Assembly: GCA_964016885.1 (NCBI GenBank)
Contig: OZ024740.1
Span: forward strand, 369,954,001 to 370,018,000
Direction of reading: 5' to 3'
Origin: Eledone cirrhosa
Lineage: Eukaryota
Length of the DNA stretch: 64,000 nucleotides
Shown: in pieces, positions 11,993 through 24,809 of the stretch
Layout: each line of letters starts with the position of its first letter
Numbering within the stretch: the stretch's first letter is position 1
Notes under the pieces: generated by a model
Told to the model about the DNA's origin: nothing
Database searches by the model: none
Seen by the model: the letters and a program-made list of their open reading frames with translations, nothing else
Made by a program: the position numbers and the translations under genes

Positions 11993-12049
<57 letters not shown>

Positions 12050-12050
12050 T

Positions 12051-12134
12051 ATGTATACGTACACACATATATGTATACAGACGTACAGTAGTATGTATAC
12101 GTACATACATATATGTATACTGACGTACAGTAGT
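12051..12134. repeat. 42-bp tandem duplication
   Basis: atgtatacgtacacacatatatgtatacagacgtacagtagt occurs twice with 2 differences. Confidence 0.85.
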
Positions 12135-12307
12135 ATGTATATACATACATACATGCACACATATATATATATATATATATATGTACGTATGGGTTTACCG
12201 AACATTTATTATAATGCTCGGTTTGTTTGTAAACAAACAGCCCGAATTATTAGCCGTAGAATCTTCGGCAACCATCGTTGGACTTTTGTTCAACACTGAC
12301 AAAGAAA

Positions 12308-12348
12308 CGATGAACTAGTTTCTAGCTTATTAGCTGTCATCAGCACCG
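12308..12348 (-). ncRNA. Minimal type-I hammerhead ribozyme (PLE-type)
   Basis: Minus strand reads CGGTG-CTGATGA-CAGCT(AATA)AGCTA-GAAA-CTAG-TT-CATCG. The core is intact, stem I is 5 bp and stem III is palindromic. Confidence 0.72.
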
Positions 12349-13659
12349 TATACCTTCCTGTTACTCGATTGAACGTTCGAAAGTATATACTTTCCTTATG
12401 CATATTAACGGCTGAACAGCCTAATTTGCATATCAAGTGAGTTAGTCGGCCGGGTGTTCCGAAAACGATAAATGGAAAACATTCCGAAACAACTATAAAA
12501 ATAACATCTCAAACAATTTTACTTATAAACCGCCCATAACTGTTATATTAATTGATCGGGCAAAACAGGACACCGAGGGAAGTTGGCATCAACGTGCGCA
12601 AACCTGTATACGAATTACATTCCGAAAGCCCAGCAGATTCTTTTTAGTATCTGTTGCCATTTTAAACTCTATGATTTTGAAAGAAGAGATTGGCTTTATC
12701 TTGATCTCTTCACGTTGAGGGGTGTTTTCCCCATACAATTTTAGTCCCATTCTCACATAAAGATGATGTGATAATAGAAGAAGGAAGAAATTAGGGTTAT
12801 TGGTCCCTCTTTAATTGGTCATAATCTTCCTGGCTTTTGTTGGTGAGATCAGGGATTTCGTTTCCTTATTTCAGACATCCGATTGGTGTTTTAATCGCAG
12901 TTACTCTGGAAGCGGCAGTCTCTGGCCCACATTCTGCGTTGCACCCTTCCATCCCCTGGTATTTCGAATCATCAGAGCAGTAAGTCTCGAAATTCCCTCT
13001 ATTGCTACGTCACCAGGCTTTTCTATCCGCACCCAAAATAATACATAACTCACTCTGGTGTGGCTATGCAGTTCATGGAGTCTTTAAATCGTTGCTTACC
13101 TCATGTTTGTTTTTGTTGCTACTGCCATAACAACCTGCTAATATTTCGCATGGCATGTCAAAATGAACCACATATTAACGTCTGATAGTGATCCGTGTAT
13201 TCGGCTGGTCTGTCTGTTTTGGCACGTTTCTGTTGATTTAAGCTTAGCTCAGATGCGTAATTCAAATAAAACAGAATGTTCCCCACTCGATGGAAAAGCA
13301 ATTAACCCCGCATATGTCAGGGCTTTCTTCAAATGTTTTCTGACTATTCATAACGCTTGGTATAAAGTCTTTATGAAAGTCCCCCACCACCACCACCACC
13401 ACCACCACCACAAATGTGAATGTTTTTCTATCAGGTTTAGCATGCTGAATACAAACAAAGATTCCTATAATAATCATGGAACATAATATTTATTGTAATA
13501 ACATTTATCGTAATATAATTTATTGTAATTTCAACTACACTATATAACATGGAAATCGTATAACATAATGCGCTTTCATGACGATTGTAATAATTATGTT
13601 GATACAACGGATCATCACATTAATAATCTCAAAGGTGGTCATTGGTATATTGTTTTCAT

Positions 13660-14530
13660 TGGTGTATATTATCTTCTTGAAATCAATTTCCCGTGATAAT
13701 CTTCCATCTTTTCTCTATTCCAATTTCGGTGATATCGCTTTTCCAACACTTCTATGTTCTAGTGAAACTATACACAATGATCGTCATATACAGCGCGATA
13801 TTTCGGTAGGAAGAATTTCATATGAAATTACTCATTGTGTAGGTTAACTGCTATTTTGAAAACTTCTGTAACCTTCCAAACTTTGTTCAATGGATGCTTT
13901 GTACTTGTCCACTTTCCTATTACAATGAAACAAGTTTAAAGCGTTATTGAATACACTTGAAGCTCTTTTCTTTATCACTGCTATTATCATATCCGGAGTT
14001 TTGGGCGCAGGTGTCTGCTTCAGCTCTGGTTCAAGAAATACATCAGAAATAAATGTTTTGTCTACCATATCTGAAAGCATTGCTCATATAATGAAATTGA
14101 CTACACCTTTGTGATCTATGGTCGAATAATATATTATGACCAGGCTTCATTGGAAGCGGGGGTAGGAAGACGTTACTTACGAACATTTTGTTGAGTTTTC
14201 TTGCCAATGTCCTTTTTACATATTGTTTCTTTACCACTGGTGTGCTATCCCATGACTATAAAACATCGGTGTTTAGTATATCAATCATGTAGTCCAATCC
14301 AATAACACAATATGCTTGAAATCCCACTTTTTCTTGTCATATGAGATATTTTCGAGTAGGACTTTCATATATCTTGAATCTTCTTTCAAGCTTACGAATT
14401 GATGGATACTGGTTGCAATCGGAACCAGCCGTGTTTTCAGCTGTCTCATGGAACTTTCAATGAAACCCCATTGGCTAACATTGACAGACTGGCTTCTACA
14501 CTTCATTCCACTTCAAAATTAGAAACATAG
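13660..14530 (-). pseudogene. Decayed DDE transposase, Chapaev3 (CMC superfamily)-like
   Basis: Ordered fragments WGFIESSMRQLK, LKEDSRYMKVLLENISYDKKKW, WDS, FLPPLPMKPG and AVYDDHCV*FH*NIEVLEKRY resemble Chapaev3 motifs as I recall them (WRLFIDSS..SLK, LPPLHIKLG, VSDEHGERFHQDI..ME.RY). Confidence 0.65.
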
Positions 14531-14934
14531 CTTACTTTAGAACATAGCTTAGAACACCTAGCAATTGATTCACCGACAATTTTAGCGTTGGAGAAAACAT
14601 GGACGACAAGTTTGAAAATTCAAAATGCAAGCTGAAGAGAAACATACTGTATCTTATTCCATATTATTTTATTCAATTGTACTTTTGATGAAGGGATTTA
14701 ACTCGAAATATGTGGACCATTAAACAACTCCAATGTAACACCCCTAACCCTGTATTATTAGTTGTAATTTTTAATATTTAATGTTCCATTTGCATTGTGG
14801 TAGCCATCTAATAAAACAATACATTCTACGATGGGTTACATGACAAGATCAGGTTTTCTCCTGCTGAAGTAATTTCGTAGCGAAATTACGGGTTTAACTT
14901 TGTTAGATCACTGCAATGTCATAGGACACAACAA

Positions 14935-15114
14935 ACGCAGTCGGCTAGAGTCGGACGCCATGCTTTGCAGCAATGAGTTACGGCCCTTTATGGTCTGAGT
15001 TCAAATGCCGCCTAGATTAACTTTGCCTTTCATCCTTACGGGGTCGATAAAATAAAGTACCGGTAATGCACTGGGATGATTCCTGGCCTTGTGCGAAAAG
15101 TAGAAATAATTATT
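14935..15114 (+). mobile_element. tRNA-derived SINE with Deu/Nin-like core
   Basis: B-box-like GAGTTCAAAT, core GCCTTTCATCCTTACGGGGTCGATAAAATAAAGTACC, tail GGCCTTGTGCGAAAAGTAGAAATAATTATT. Confidence 0.85.
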
Positions 15115-15713
15115 TGTAACAATCAAACGCAATCATTAATGAAGTTTCCTCGGGGAAAATATGTGCATTTAGAGCAGTATATTGGAAACCATCCAGATTC
15201 GTTTTTCTCCTTAATGTTCGTCTTGTATACAACGTACAATATTCAAAATATTGAAATACTTGTGAAATCTTGTTCCAGAAGAATATATCATCATCAAATA
15301 ATATATAAATACTTAAGCATATATTCTTGGACTTGCCCGAGAAATCTTTATTTAATGTTCTATTAATAGAATCTCATCATTATATGGTACATTGTTTATA
15401 TGAATATTCCAATGATGCCGTATTTGGCAAGTCTCCCGTGTTTGGTTTGGAGGAATCTATATAAAAACAGAAGTTTGATACGATCGTAACCTCGAAATAG
15501 AAAATATTAAAAGATGCTAGATAATTACTTTGTTGTTATTGAAAATATTCATGCTATTACGAAGTATATTTTAAGTATTTTTGGAAATATACAGGAAACA
15601 TCTTAAAAATTCAAATGAAACGATTTTGTGTTGCATAATGTAATTCCATTTTGAAGCACATTCCTTTCTTCCCGCTCTCTCTCCCTTCTCTCTCTCTCTA
15701 TCTTTCACTCTCT

Positions 15714-15772
<59 letters not shown>

Positions 15773-16259
15773 TATCTATCTATCTATCCCTTCATTTATA
15801 TCTCTCAATTTCTTGGACATAATTCTCCGGTAGAGAAAGAGTTCAATAAACTATACTTAACTACTTGATTCTTTCCTCACTTCTGTTTACTAATTTGCTG
15901 ATTGCAACAAATAAATTAGTTGTGGAATTATTAGTAAATTTGTGTTAGCTCATGTTTTATTTGTTTAAAATAACCTGCTTTTCTCATTAGCCAAACATTT
16001 AAATGTTTGCTTGCTTAATTTAAATATTTACTTTTGCAATTTTTTCGTTGTATTTTGTGTTGTTGGAGTTCTTGTTTATGAGTTAATCTTTTTAGAAGTG
16101 TTTCACAATGCTCTAGCAGAAGGCGGCATAAACATGGAAAGAAATGAAAAGGAAAAATTACAATGACTAAAACTCATATTCTTTAGACAAATTTTGTAAG
16201 ATTTTCTGTGTAAAATATCCAGTACACGTATGTCTAATTCGTTCGTAGACACACGCCTA

Positions 16260-17180
16260 TCTAGAAAAGGAAAAAAAGAGCTAGATAGAAAGACAAGGAA
16301 ATTAATGTCTACTTACAGTATATTTCATAAGAAGAATGATGGTGATAGACTGCACTTAAGCAGATCTAAAGTTGGAAGAAGTCTTATTTGCGAGAAGGAC
16401 TGTGTTCAGATGGAGAAGAGTTGTTTACAAAATGTATCTGGGAGTAACGAGCTATTACGTAATACTCTACAGAAGGAGAAGGTAATAGACCACGATATTC
16501 TCAAGAAAGAAATAAAACCAAGTAGGAAGAAACGTCTGAATAAAAAAGCACTTCATAGCATCTTCTTGAAAAAAAGGCAATATTCAGAGATTCACAATAT
16601 AGGACTGGTTACAGTAATAGACCTTAAGAAAGCTGCAGATGTAAAGCTACTGACTGCACCGGAGCAATCCCTTAGAACGAAGTGGATAAAACATCGATTT
16701 GTCAAAGAAGACGATATCCCGCTCTATAGGATATGTGTGTGTACAGAGAGAGGGGGGAGGGGGAGCTGTGGACCACATCGTATCCGCGTATAAAAACCTA
16801 CCTCAGACTTATAATAAAAGCATGATATCAAAGGAAAGTGATCCACTGGGATTTATGCAAACTGAATGGTTTACTCCATTCTGAGAAAGGTATTAAAACA
16901 CAATAGGCATGACCTGTTAGTTTTTAACAAGGAAGAAGATCTTGTTTGATGTAGGTTGTTTGATGTAGGTTGCCCGTTTGACAAAAGAGTGCAACGAAAG
17001 GAGGAGAAAATTAACAATAACAGGATTTAAAATGGGAACTGAAAAGGGTTTGGGACTGTCATGCGATCAAGGTGGTCCCCATCGTCATAGGAGCACTGGG
17101 TGTATCTGAGGCTGCAGGGAGCGGGTTGGTGTAAATTTGGGCAAATGTTCCGGTTAAAAACACCGATGACTTTGATATCC
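16260..17180 (+). mobile_element. R4/Dong-clade non-LTR retrotransposon, 3' remnant (thumb, CCHC, RLE endonuclease)
   Basis: ELDRKTRKLM..FHKKNDGDRLHLSR..GRSL, EQSLRT, DHIVSA and KVVPIVIGALG. Confidence 0.82.
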
Positions 17181-17184
17181 AATA

Positions 17185-17370
17185 ATAATTGTTTCTACTT
17201 TTGGCACAAGACCAGCAATTGCCCAGTGCATTACTGGTACTTTATTTTATCGACCCCGTAAGGATGAAAGGTAAAGTTAACCTCGGCGGGATTTGAACTC
17301 AGAATTACAAGGGCCGTATCTCTATGCGTCAAAGCATGGCGTCCGACCTTCTACCGATACTGCCAATCCA
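17185..17370 (-). mobile_element. SINE copy (short internal form)
   Basis: Reverse complement of the 14935 family, including A/B boxes and tail. Confidence 0.88.
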
Positions 17371-17372
17371 TG

Positions 17373-17553
17373 TAATTTCGGGGGAGGGGAAAGTCGATTA
17401 AATCGACCCTGGTCATTTATTTTATCGACTCTGTGAGGATGAATGGCAAAGCTAACCTCGGTGGGATTTGAACTCAGAACATAAAGGACCATAACTCTAA
17501 ACCACGAAGCAGAGTATCCGACGCTCTACTGATACTGCTAATCCACTGCCCTT
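17373..17553 (-). mobile_element. SINE copy (long form with GTCGATT-hairpin), 3'-truncated
   Basis: Same head and core as the other copies, plus GTCGATTAAATCGAC. Confidence 0.85.
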
Positions 17554-20500
17554 CATAATAGTAATGATAGTGACAACAACAACAATAATAATAATATAAG
17601 CACAGTAATAATAATAAAAGAAACTGTCAATATTTTTAGGACCATAATGTAAGTTCTTAAAAAAACAATGAAGTGCGGTTGCTATAGGAATTCATTATAC
17701 AAATCAAATAGAAAATACAGTACATCATAGTGGCTATTGTGACCATCGAGAAAGAGAATTATTGGCTCAGGGATTGTTGAGGTTTACCCATTCTTGCCTT
17801 CCACTCTTTCGCGGTCAATAAATAACTTACCAGTCATCTGAGGTAGATTCGAGTAACTGTTAAAGCAAACCACAGACCTGTCAACTACAAAGATTTACTT
17901 TTAATAATAAATGATATATTTCTGGCGTATTCGATTGAAACAACATCAATATATTACTAATAATTAGTATATCGTCTGCCGCGATATAAATATTAATGAC
18001 GTAATCGGCAGTATTTATAACTAAATGCGTTGAATCACGTATCCCTCTGCTAAGCCTGTTTCAACGATGTTACCACTCCACCACAATCTGATTGAACATA
18101 ATTACAGGCTTTAATTACGATAACGTAATTGATTTTTGTCAAACATGTAATATGTTTGAACATATCCTGTCATTTCAAATACTTTCCGCCATCTTAAATT
18201 ACGTATGTGCAAACCTTTAGTGAACTCAACAATTATCTCAGTGGAGGCAATCATTTTAACGCCATGTTAAATATATTGTCAGTTTGTAACTTCCTTGAAG
18301 GGTCAAACACCCATATAATTGCGTACGCTAAGTTATGATTACATGATACGATAGAAATCCATGAAAATCAATTACTAATTTAAAGAGACCTTGAAATACG
18401 AGGAATTCTGGAGCTTCATTTCGTTCTCTTCGCTGTTCTCGAAGAAACGCTTCATAGTTCATCAATGACTGTGGCCATTACGAAATTGCTCTGTGTTAGC
18501 TTTTCAATCTCTTTTGTTTCTTTTGAGTTTATTTCATTTGTTTATTATAGCAAGCAATTAATCTTTCTTATAGATATTTCACGGAATATTGTTTTAAAGG
18601 CTTGAAATATAAAATGAGCACAATGAACATGTCATACTTATTCATATGCCATGCAATATGTTACATTAAAAGATCTGGAAATAATGCAAAGTATGCAATT
18701 ACACCCAAATTATATAATCCCAGGATTGCTACTTTGAAGGAAACTATAATTTAAGGCTATCGCGTTTTTTTTCTTTTGATTTTGGTGGGTGGGGGTCGTA
18801 CAAGGGTAGTCAGGGAATATCTTGTTCTACTAGTCGCTTCGCTTCAATTCATTGGAGAGGGATTGGAATAAGATTTATTTGCTAGTTTTATTTGCTGGAG
18901 CGCTAGTGCAATAGCGTCCTCGTTGATTCATTTACTCATATAACATGTATCAATCTAAGTTATATTAGAAGATATTACATTGTACACTTTTTCAATAGGT
19001 CATAACTTCGAAGTTATGAACTTGTTTCCAACAGCTCATAACTTCAAAGCTAGATGGGATTATTATTCTATTGATGTGACGTTTGTCAATCATTCAGATA
19101 TGTGTTGTTAATAAATATTTCTTTAAAAAATAGTCATTTTATTGAAAAACAAACGGCACAGTCACTGTAGCTGCGTAAAATATATGCGGCAATCAACAGG
19201 TTAAACAGCCTTATTTATACAATAACTATATTTTTGTCACAGAAGAGCTACTATAATGCCTTCATAGAATTATAAGGTTGAGTAAATTGAAACAGGCTTT
19301 GGCAATTCTACTTTGGGTAGGTAGTATAATGCTAGATATGTATCATTGTCTCTTTTAATTTTCAGACTATTGATCTGTCTGTTTCCTGGTATTGAAATGA
19401 GTCTTTCTTTTTCATACGTCAAGTTACTCCAGTAAAAAAAATACATTTACTGGAAGAAACAAATGTCCCCAATAAGCGGTTTTTGTTGTCCTACTATGTT
19501 TTGAAGAGGAATAACAAACGAATCCATAATGTATTCTTAACTTGCGCGACGTTGTGCAGGTCATTATGAGAAATATTAAATTGCATGTCCGATATATTAG
19601 ATATTTCGCCCGTTCAACAAATGTAGTTCAACTACCACAGTAGGGGTGTTGTATATCAAGAGAACTTTTGCTACCCTATACAAAATATTTCTGAAGTGAC
19701 AGTATCCAAATATGAATAACAGAAGAAGTAATTTTATGATACATATTAGAATGTTGCGATTAACACCAGAAGTAATGTTGACATACTATGAAAAAATTGA
19801 GATAATCGTACAAAACATTACAATTATATGTATGTGTCGGGATCAAGTTTTATACAGAAACCATAATTTCGAATGTCACATTCAATCAACATAAACCGAT
19901 ATATTTCTTAGTCAATTTCCCAAATATAAAATAACTACACTCATGATTGTCATATAAATATTTAATGTTCTCTAATTCGTCTATCTTCTAGTTGAACACA
20001 ATGTAATCTATAGAGTTTTAGTATAATTATATTTCAAATGACTTATTAATATAATGTCACTTAGTTGCGGATGATGAATGTAGGTCTTCACACTTTCTTT
20101 GGTCTAAACAACATCATCATCATCGTGATCATGATGAACCACTTCTTAATTATTACCAACATTAAAGCCATCATCATCACCCTCAATCTTCACTACCAAC
20201 ACCATTATCATTTTTATCACCATCACTATCATTATTGCCATCAACTTCATTCTCATCTTCATTATTCAGTATCGACAACATGCATTTTCCCCGGGGATAT
20301 TAATGGAGGTGTTATATATACCTTGAAATCATTAATATCTTAATATTAAAAGCAGGCCCAGCATCACCATCTTCTATATGTTGACTATGATTTTGGAAAA
20401 ATCTGATATTTATAATCCCACTTTTCAAATGGTTTGCAGGTAACTCTGGATATTTTCGACAGTGCATGGAATGACTCAATTGTCTTCTCATTACGTTCTT

Positions 20501-21642
20501 ATATATTTAGCTTTTAATAATCAATACTGTAACAAAATTATTAGTAAGATGCGATAAAAGAATTGCATTGGTTCCTATTCCATAAAAATATAAAACTCCA
20601 TAGGGGAAATAAAAGAAAGCCAATGTTAAAATTACATAACACTCATAGGTATATCTGGTGTTTGCCAGGGTTTTTTTTGTCTTTGTTTTATTTTTAGTTT
20701 TTGCAATACGGATGACAATGAGTAAATATTCTTTTAACCGCGATCGCATAAGAACAATATACCTCACTGACTATCGCATTTCGAATAGATAATTAAAGCA
20801 TAGCGTCCAAGGAATATAACAGGCAAATAATACTCATTTAGCTATAGCATATTCGAAAGTTAATAAAATCAATGATTTTGACTTTATACTAGCTGAACAT
20901 AGAATTCTTACCACAGCGATGATGATGGTCAACACATAAGTTTTATTTTCAAATTAATGTTTTTTTCCGAAAATATTATATATATTATCTGTAAACATCT
21001 AGTTTAACATTGGATAGTTTAATTGACGTACCATCACTACGATGTTGATCAACATTTTGTGAGACACAATTATATATATTGATATATTTATGAAATTTTA
21101 ACATTTTCAGTTGAGAAAATAAGAACGTTATACAGTGGTGAATGATAAATCGTAAGACATTCATTCTAATATCAAATGTACAATTCTCTAAAAGAATTAC
21201 TGAATAAAATATGGAATATAGCGTGTACTCATGTACGTAGGTGCGCATGTGTAAGTAGGCATAAATATGTGTAAATATTTGATAGAATGACCCAGCATAT
21301 TATTTGATCTGAAAAAGGAAAGAAACAGGAAATTTTCTTCGATCTACAAAATAATATGCCTAACGGAATGGTGAATATGTCTTGTTCTTACTAGGACTAG
21401 GATGTGTACAGAAATATTGATATGTTCTTTTGTTATCAAAGTAGAAATATATTTATACATTCGTACAAAAATACATGCCTACCTACCTAAGTCCATGCAT
21501 ACATTCTTCCCTCCATCCACACATAAATGTATAAATACATACGAATGAAACAGTTCTATTACCGTGGAAATGATTCCCTTATAAAATATAGATATATATA
21601 TATATATATGTGTGTGTGTGTTTATGTAGATAAAATAAAGTT

Positions 21643-21767
21643 TGGCAGTATCAGTAAAGCGTCAGATACAAGGATTTGCAGCATAGAATTATGACCTTTT
21701 AACTTCTGAGTTCAAATCCGCCGAGGTTAACTTTGCCTTTCCTCCTTACAGAGTCGATAAAATAAAG
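21643..21767 (+). mobile_element. SINE copy, truncated by the adjacent PLE inverted repeat
   Basis: TGGCAGTATCAG A-box, GAGTTCAAATCC B-box and a core that stops at AATAAAG. Confidence 0.85.
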
Positions 21768-23045
21768 AATTAGTATGGTATAGACAAGTACATATGTTGT
21801 TTAGGTGTATGATATTGTCAATACTCTGATATGCCCAGTTCCTTGTTGGGTTGTTAATTCACTGGGGAACTGGAGTCATATGAATTCAAACAAACGAATT
21901 TTCGTGTCACAGTTCCCCTTCTCCTCTCATTGGTCAGTTATTAGAACATTCCTCATTCTAAGTGTTGTTATTGTTGGAGTTAACTTAAAAATTGATAAAA
22001 TGGTAGAAGGGACAAGGTGTTAAAGGAACAAAATAACAAAAAAAGTGTCAAACTTCCCATTGTTCAGTTCTGAGAGCATTCCTCAGTCAGAAGTCTATAG
22101 ATTCTTTCTGGGGTGAGGCTCCCTGTAGTGTTCTTGCCTGCTATTGTTCAGTACATTTGACCTCCACCATTATTTTGGTACTGTTGTTGTTGTAGTGGTC
22201 AGCTTATATCTTGCTGCTGCTAACAATTTAGAAGTATCCAGTTTGTGTTTTTTCTTCATCCCTCCCGCCACCATCGTAGTGGTGGTGGTGGGGGGGGGGG
22301 GGTTCTTTCATGTATATGAAGAAATATAAGGCAATAAATGAAGAAAACAGAAAATAAATAAATAATATAATAAAATAAAATAATTAATATAATTTGTGTA
22401 ATTTGAAAATAAATAAATAAATACAAAATAAAGAATAAAGAGTAAATGAGAGATTGGTGAAAAAGTAATGATAATGTATATGGAGAAGTGAGAAATAATG
22501 TAGGATAAAGTGTGTGTGTGTGTGCTATAACCAATCTCAAGGTCAGAATATGTTGGATAGATTGGTATGATACAAGATGTTAAGATGAGATATTCAAACA
22601 CAAACACATTGAATATCTCATCTTAACATCTTGTATCAAAATAATGGTGGAGCTCAAATGTACTGAACAATAGCAGGCAAAAACACTACAGGGAGAAGGG
22701 GACCTGTGACACGAAAATTCGTTTGTTTGAATTCATATGACTCCAGTTCCCCAGTGAATTAACAACCCAACAAGGAACTGGGCATATCAGAGTATTGACA
22801 ATATCATACACCTAAACAACATATGTACTTGTCTATACCATACTAATTCAAACTGCCTGAAGAGGTCACAGCCAAAGATGGCTGTCACTGAAATATATAT
22901 AGCAGTAATAAACGAAGCTAAATTTTAATCATTTGACTTTTATTTAACTTTATTTTACACTACTCCGGAGTAACCAAACCAACCTGCGCACTTCGTCGAG
23001 TGCTCCAGCCTGCATACTGAGGTGTTGGTATACAACCAACATAAA
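21767..23045. mobile_element. Penelope-like element pLTRs in inverted (head-to-head) arrangement
   Basis: 21767-21912 is the reverse complement of ~22704-22849, and 22121-22177 of 22637-22693. The right arm continues into a hammerhead and AATAAA. Confidence 0.75.
22852..22906 (+). ncRNA. Type-I hammerhead ribozyme
   Basis: ACTGC-CTGAAGA-GGTCACAGCC(AAAGAT)GGCTGTCACT-GAAA-TATATA-TA-GCAGT, followed immediately by AATAAA. Confidence 0.85.
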
Positions 23046-23055
23046 CTCAAAATCT

Positions 23056-23118
<63 letters not shown>

Positions 23119-23284
23119 GTATACACACATTTATATTACACATATGTACTCATACGTATATATAAATAAATTATATCCATCCACGCAGGCAGACACCCCC
23201 CCCACACACACACACATACATGCATACACACACACACGCACACCCACACACACATACATACACATATTCAAGGAGGGATATCAT

Positions 23285-24787
23285 CCTTACAGAGATAATG
23301 CTCTTCTTAATAAATGTGCAGTACCAGTCAAAACAAATGTGTGTATATCTTGCAGAGAGGGTAAACCAAGTATCATTCGCAAATGCTGTTCTGTTCTTGA
23401 TCGTTCCTAGTGCTCCCACGATCACTGGCATTGCAACGGCCACATTATATTGATTTCAATAAGCAGTTCTTCATATTTCTTTAGCTTGTCAAATTCTTTT
23501 GCCGTTATATTGAGATCACATTGGATAGTCATGTCAATCAGTAAAAAGACCCTGTTATGTTGTTCTTTTACAATGATATCTAGTCTATTTGCTTTAATGG
23601 TGTCCGGTCAGTATGTACAGGAAAGTCCCAAAGAATTGTTACTTTTTCTCCTTCAGTTACAGCCTCATTGTGATGATTTTACCACTTCTCAAGAACTTTC
23701 ATCTTATAATGCCGACATATTACCCAGTGTAGATATTGGAAAACTCTGGCATGCCTATATTTGTACACTACTGGGGCTAAAACTTTACATCCAGAAACTA
23801 GGTGGTCCATTGTTTTAACTTCAACATTGCAGAATCGGCACTTTGGTTTTACTCCATATCTCATCACATTGGCCGTGTCGGTAAGCTTTGAACTTGGACA
23901 GCTAAGATGAGGTCTTCACTCTCTGATTTTATCCTTGAGCTACGTAGCCACTGATGGGAGTGATTCTGGTCAACATCAGCTTGTTTGCTACGGGCCACAT
24001 ATTTGCCATGCAGAGCTTTCTGCTCCCACTGTGATGCTAAATGCTCTGACCCTACTGCTTTTGTCATTAATTTCATGTTCACCAATTGCAACAGTTTCTT
24101 TAATCTGTCTGACCTAGGGATCAAGTATGAGGTCAGTAGCATATTTTTTGCTCTTCTTCAAGATAGAATGAAGCTTCTTCCTTCTCTCATAATTTTGAGC
24201 AAGTTTCAGCATACGATCGACTGTTGCTTAAAGTTATTTGGCCAGTCCAATAGTGGTCGTCTTGTAGGTAAGTTCAAATTGGATCAGGCCATGGCCTCCT
24301 TGAGTTCAAGGAAGGTAAAGACGATCAATATCTGCATTCGGGTGGGACATCCTATTACAAGTCAGTAATTTACGGATTTCGGTGTCGATTCTTTTAATTT
24401 CACTCATAGTTCAACACACCGAAGCTATAAATGACAACTTGAAGTGCCAAGAATTTTATGGCTAACACCTTATTATGAGCATTTAGTTCTGATTTCAGAA
24501 CTGCGCGTACTCTCATGTAACATTCCTTCCTTTTCCTATCTTTCATACTGGCATGCTGAATGCCAGAGCCCTCATTAATCGTAAGTATTTATAGGTTTGT
24601 TTCCTGCTCAAGTTCTTTTGTGACTGTTTCAGCATCTAATTCAACTGAGTTTTAATTGACAAGCTTCTCCTTCTTGAAAGTGGCTTTGGCACACTTATCA
24701 AGTCCAATCTCCATCTTGCCGTCATCACTAAGTGATTTTGCTGTCCGCAAAAGCCTTGCAGCTCGTCATTGTCTTTGCAATATAGCT
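23285..24787 (-). mobile_element. R4/Dong-clade remnant (RT C-terminus to RLE endonuclease)
   Basis: MEIGLDKCAK, WEQKALHGKY, CRFCNVEVKTMDHLVSGCKVLAP..YKYRHA and MPVIVGALG. Confidence 0.85.
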
Positions 24788-24809
24788 TTATTATTATTAT
24801 TATTATTAT
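24788..24809. repeat. (TTA)n microsatellite, tail/target between two Dong-like copies
   Basis: ttattattattattattatta. Confidence 0.9.

Noticed and set aside
17185-17553. Possible fixed dimeric SINE, with a second pair at 55205-55545
   Set aside because: The order of long and short forms is opposite in the two pairs, so independent adjacent insertions are more likely.
18385-18495. Exon-like minus-strand stretch (MNYEAFLREQRRERNEAPEFL)
   Set aside because: No recognisable homology, weak splice signals and an in-frame stop just upstream.
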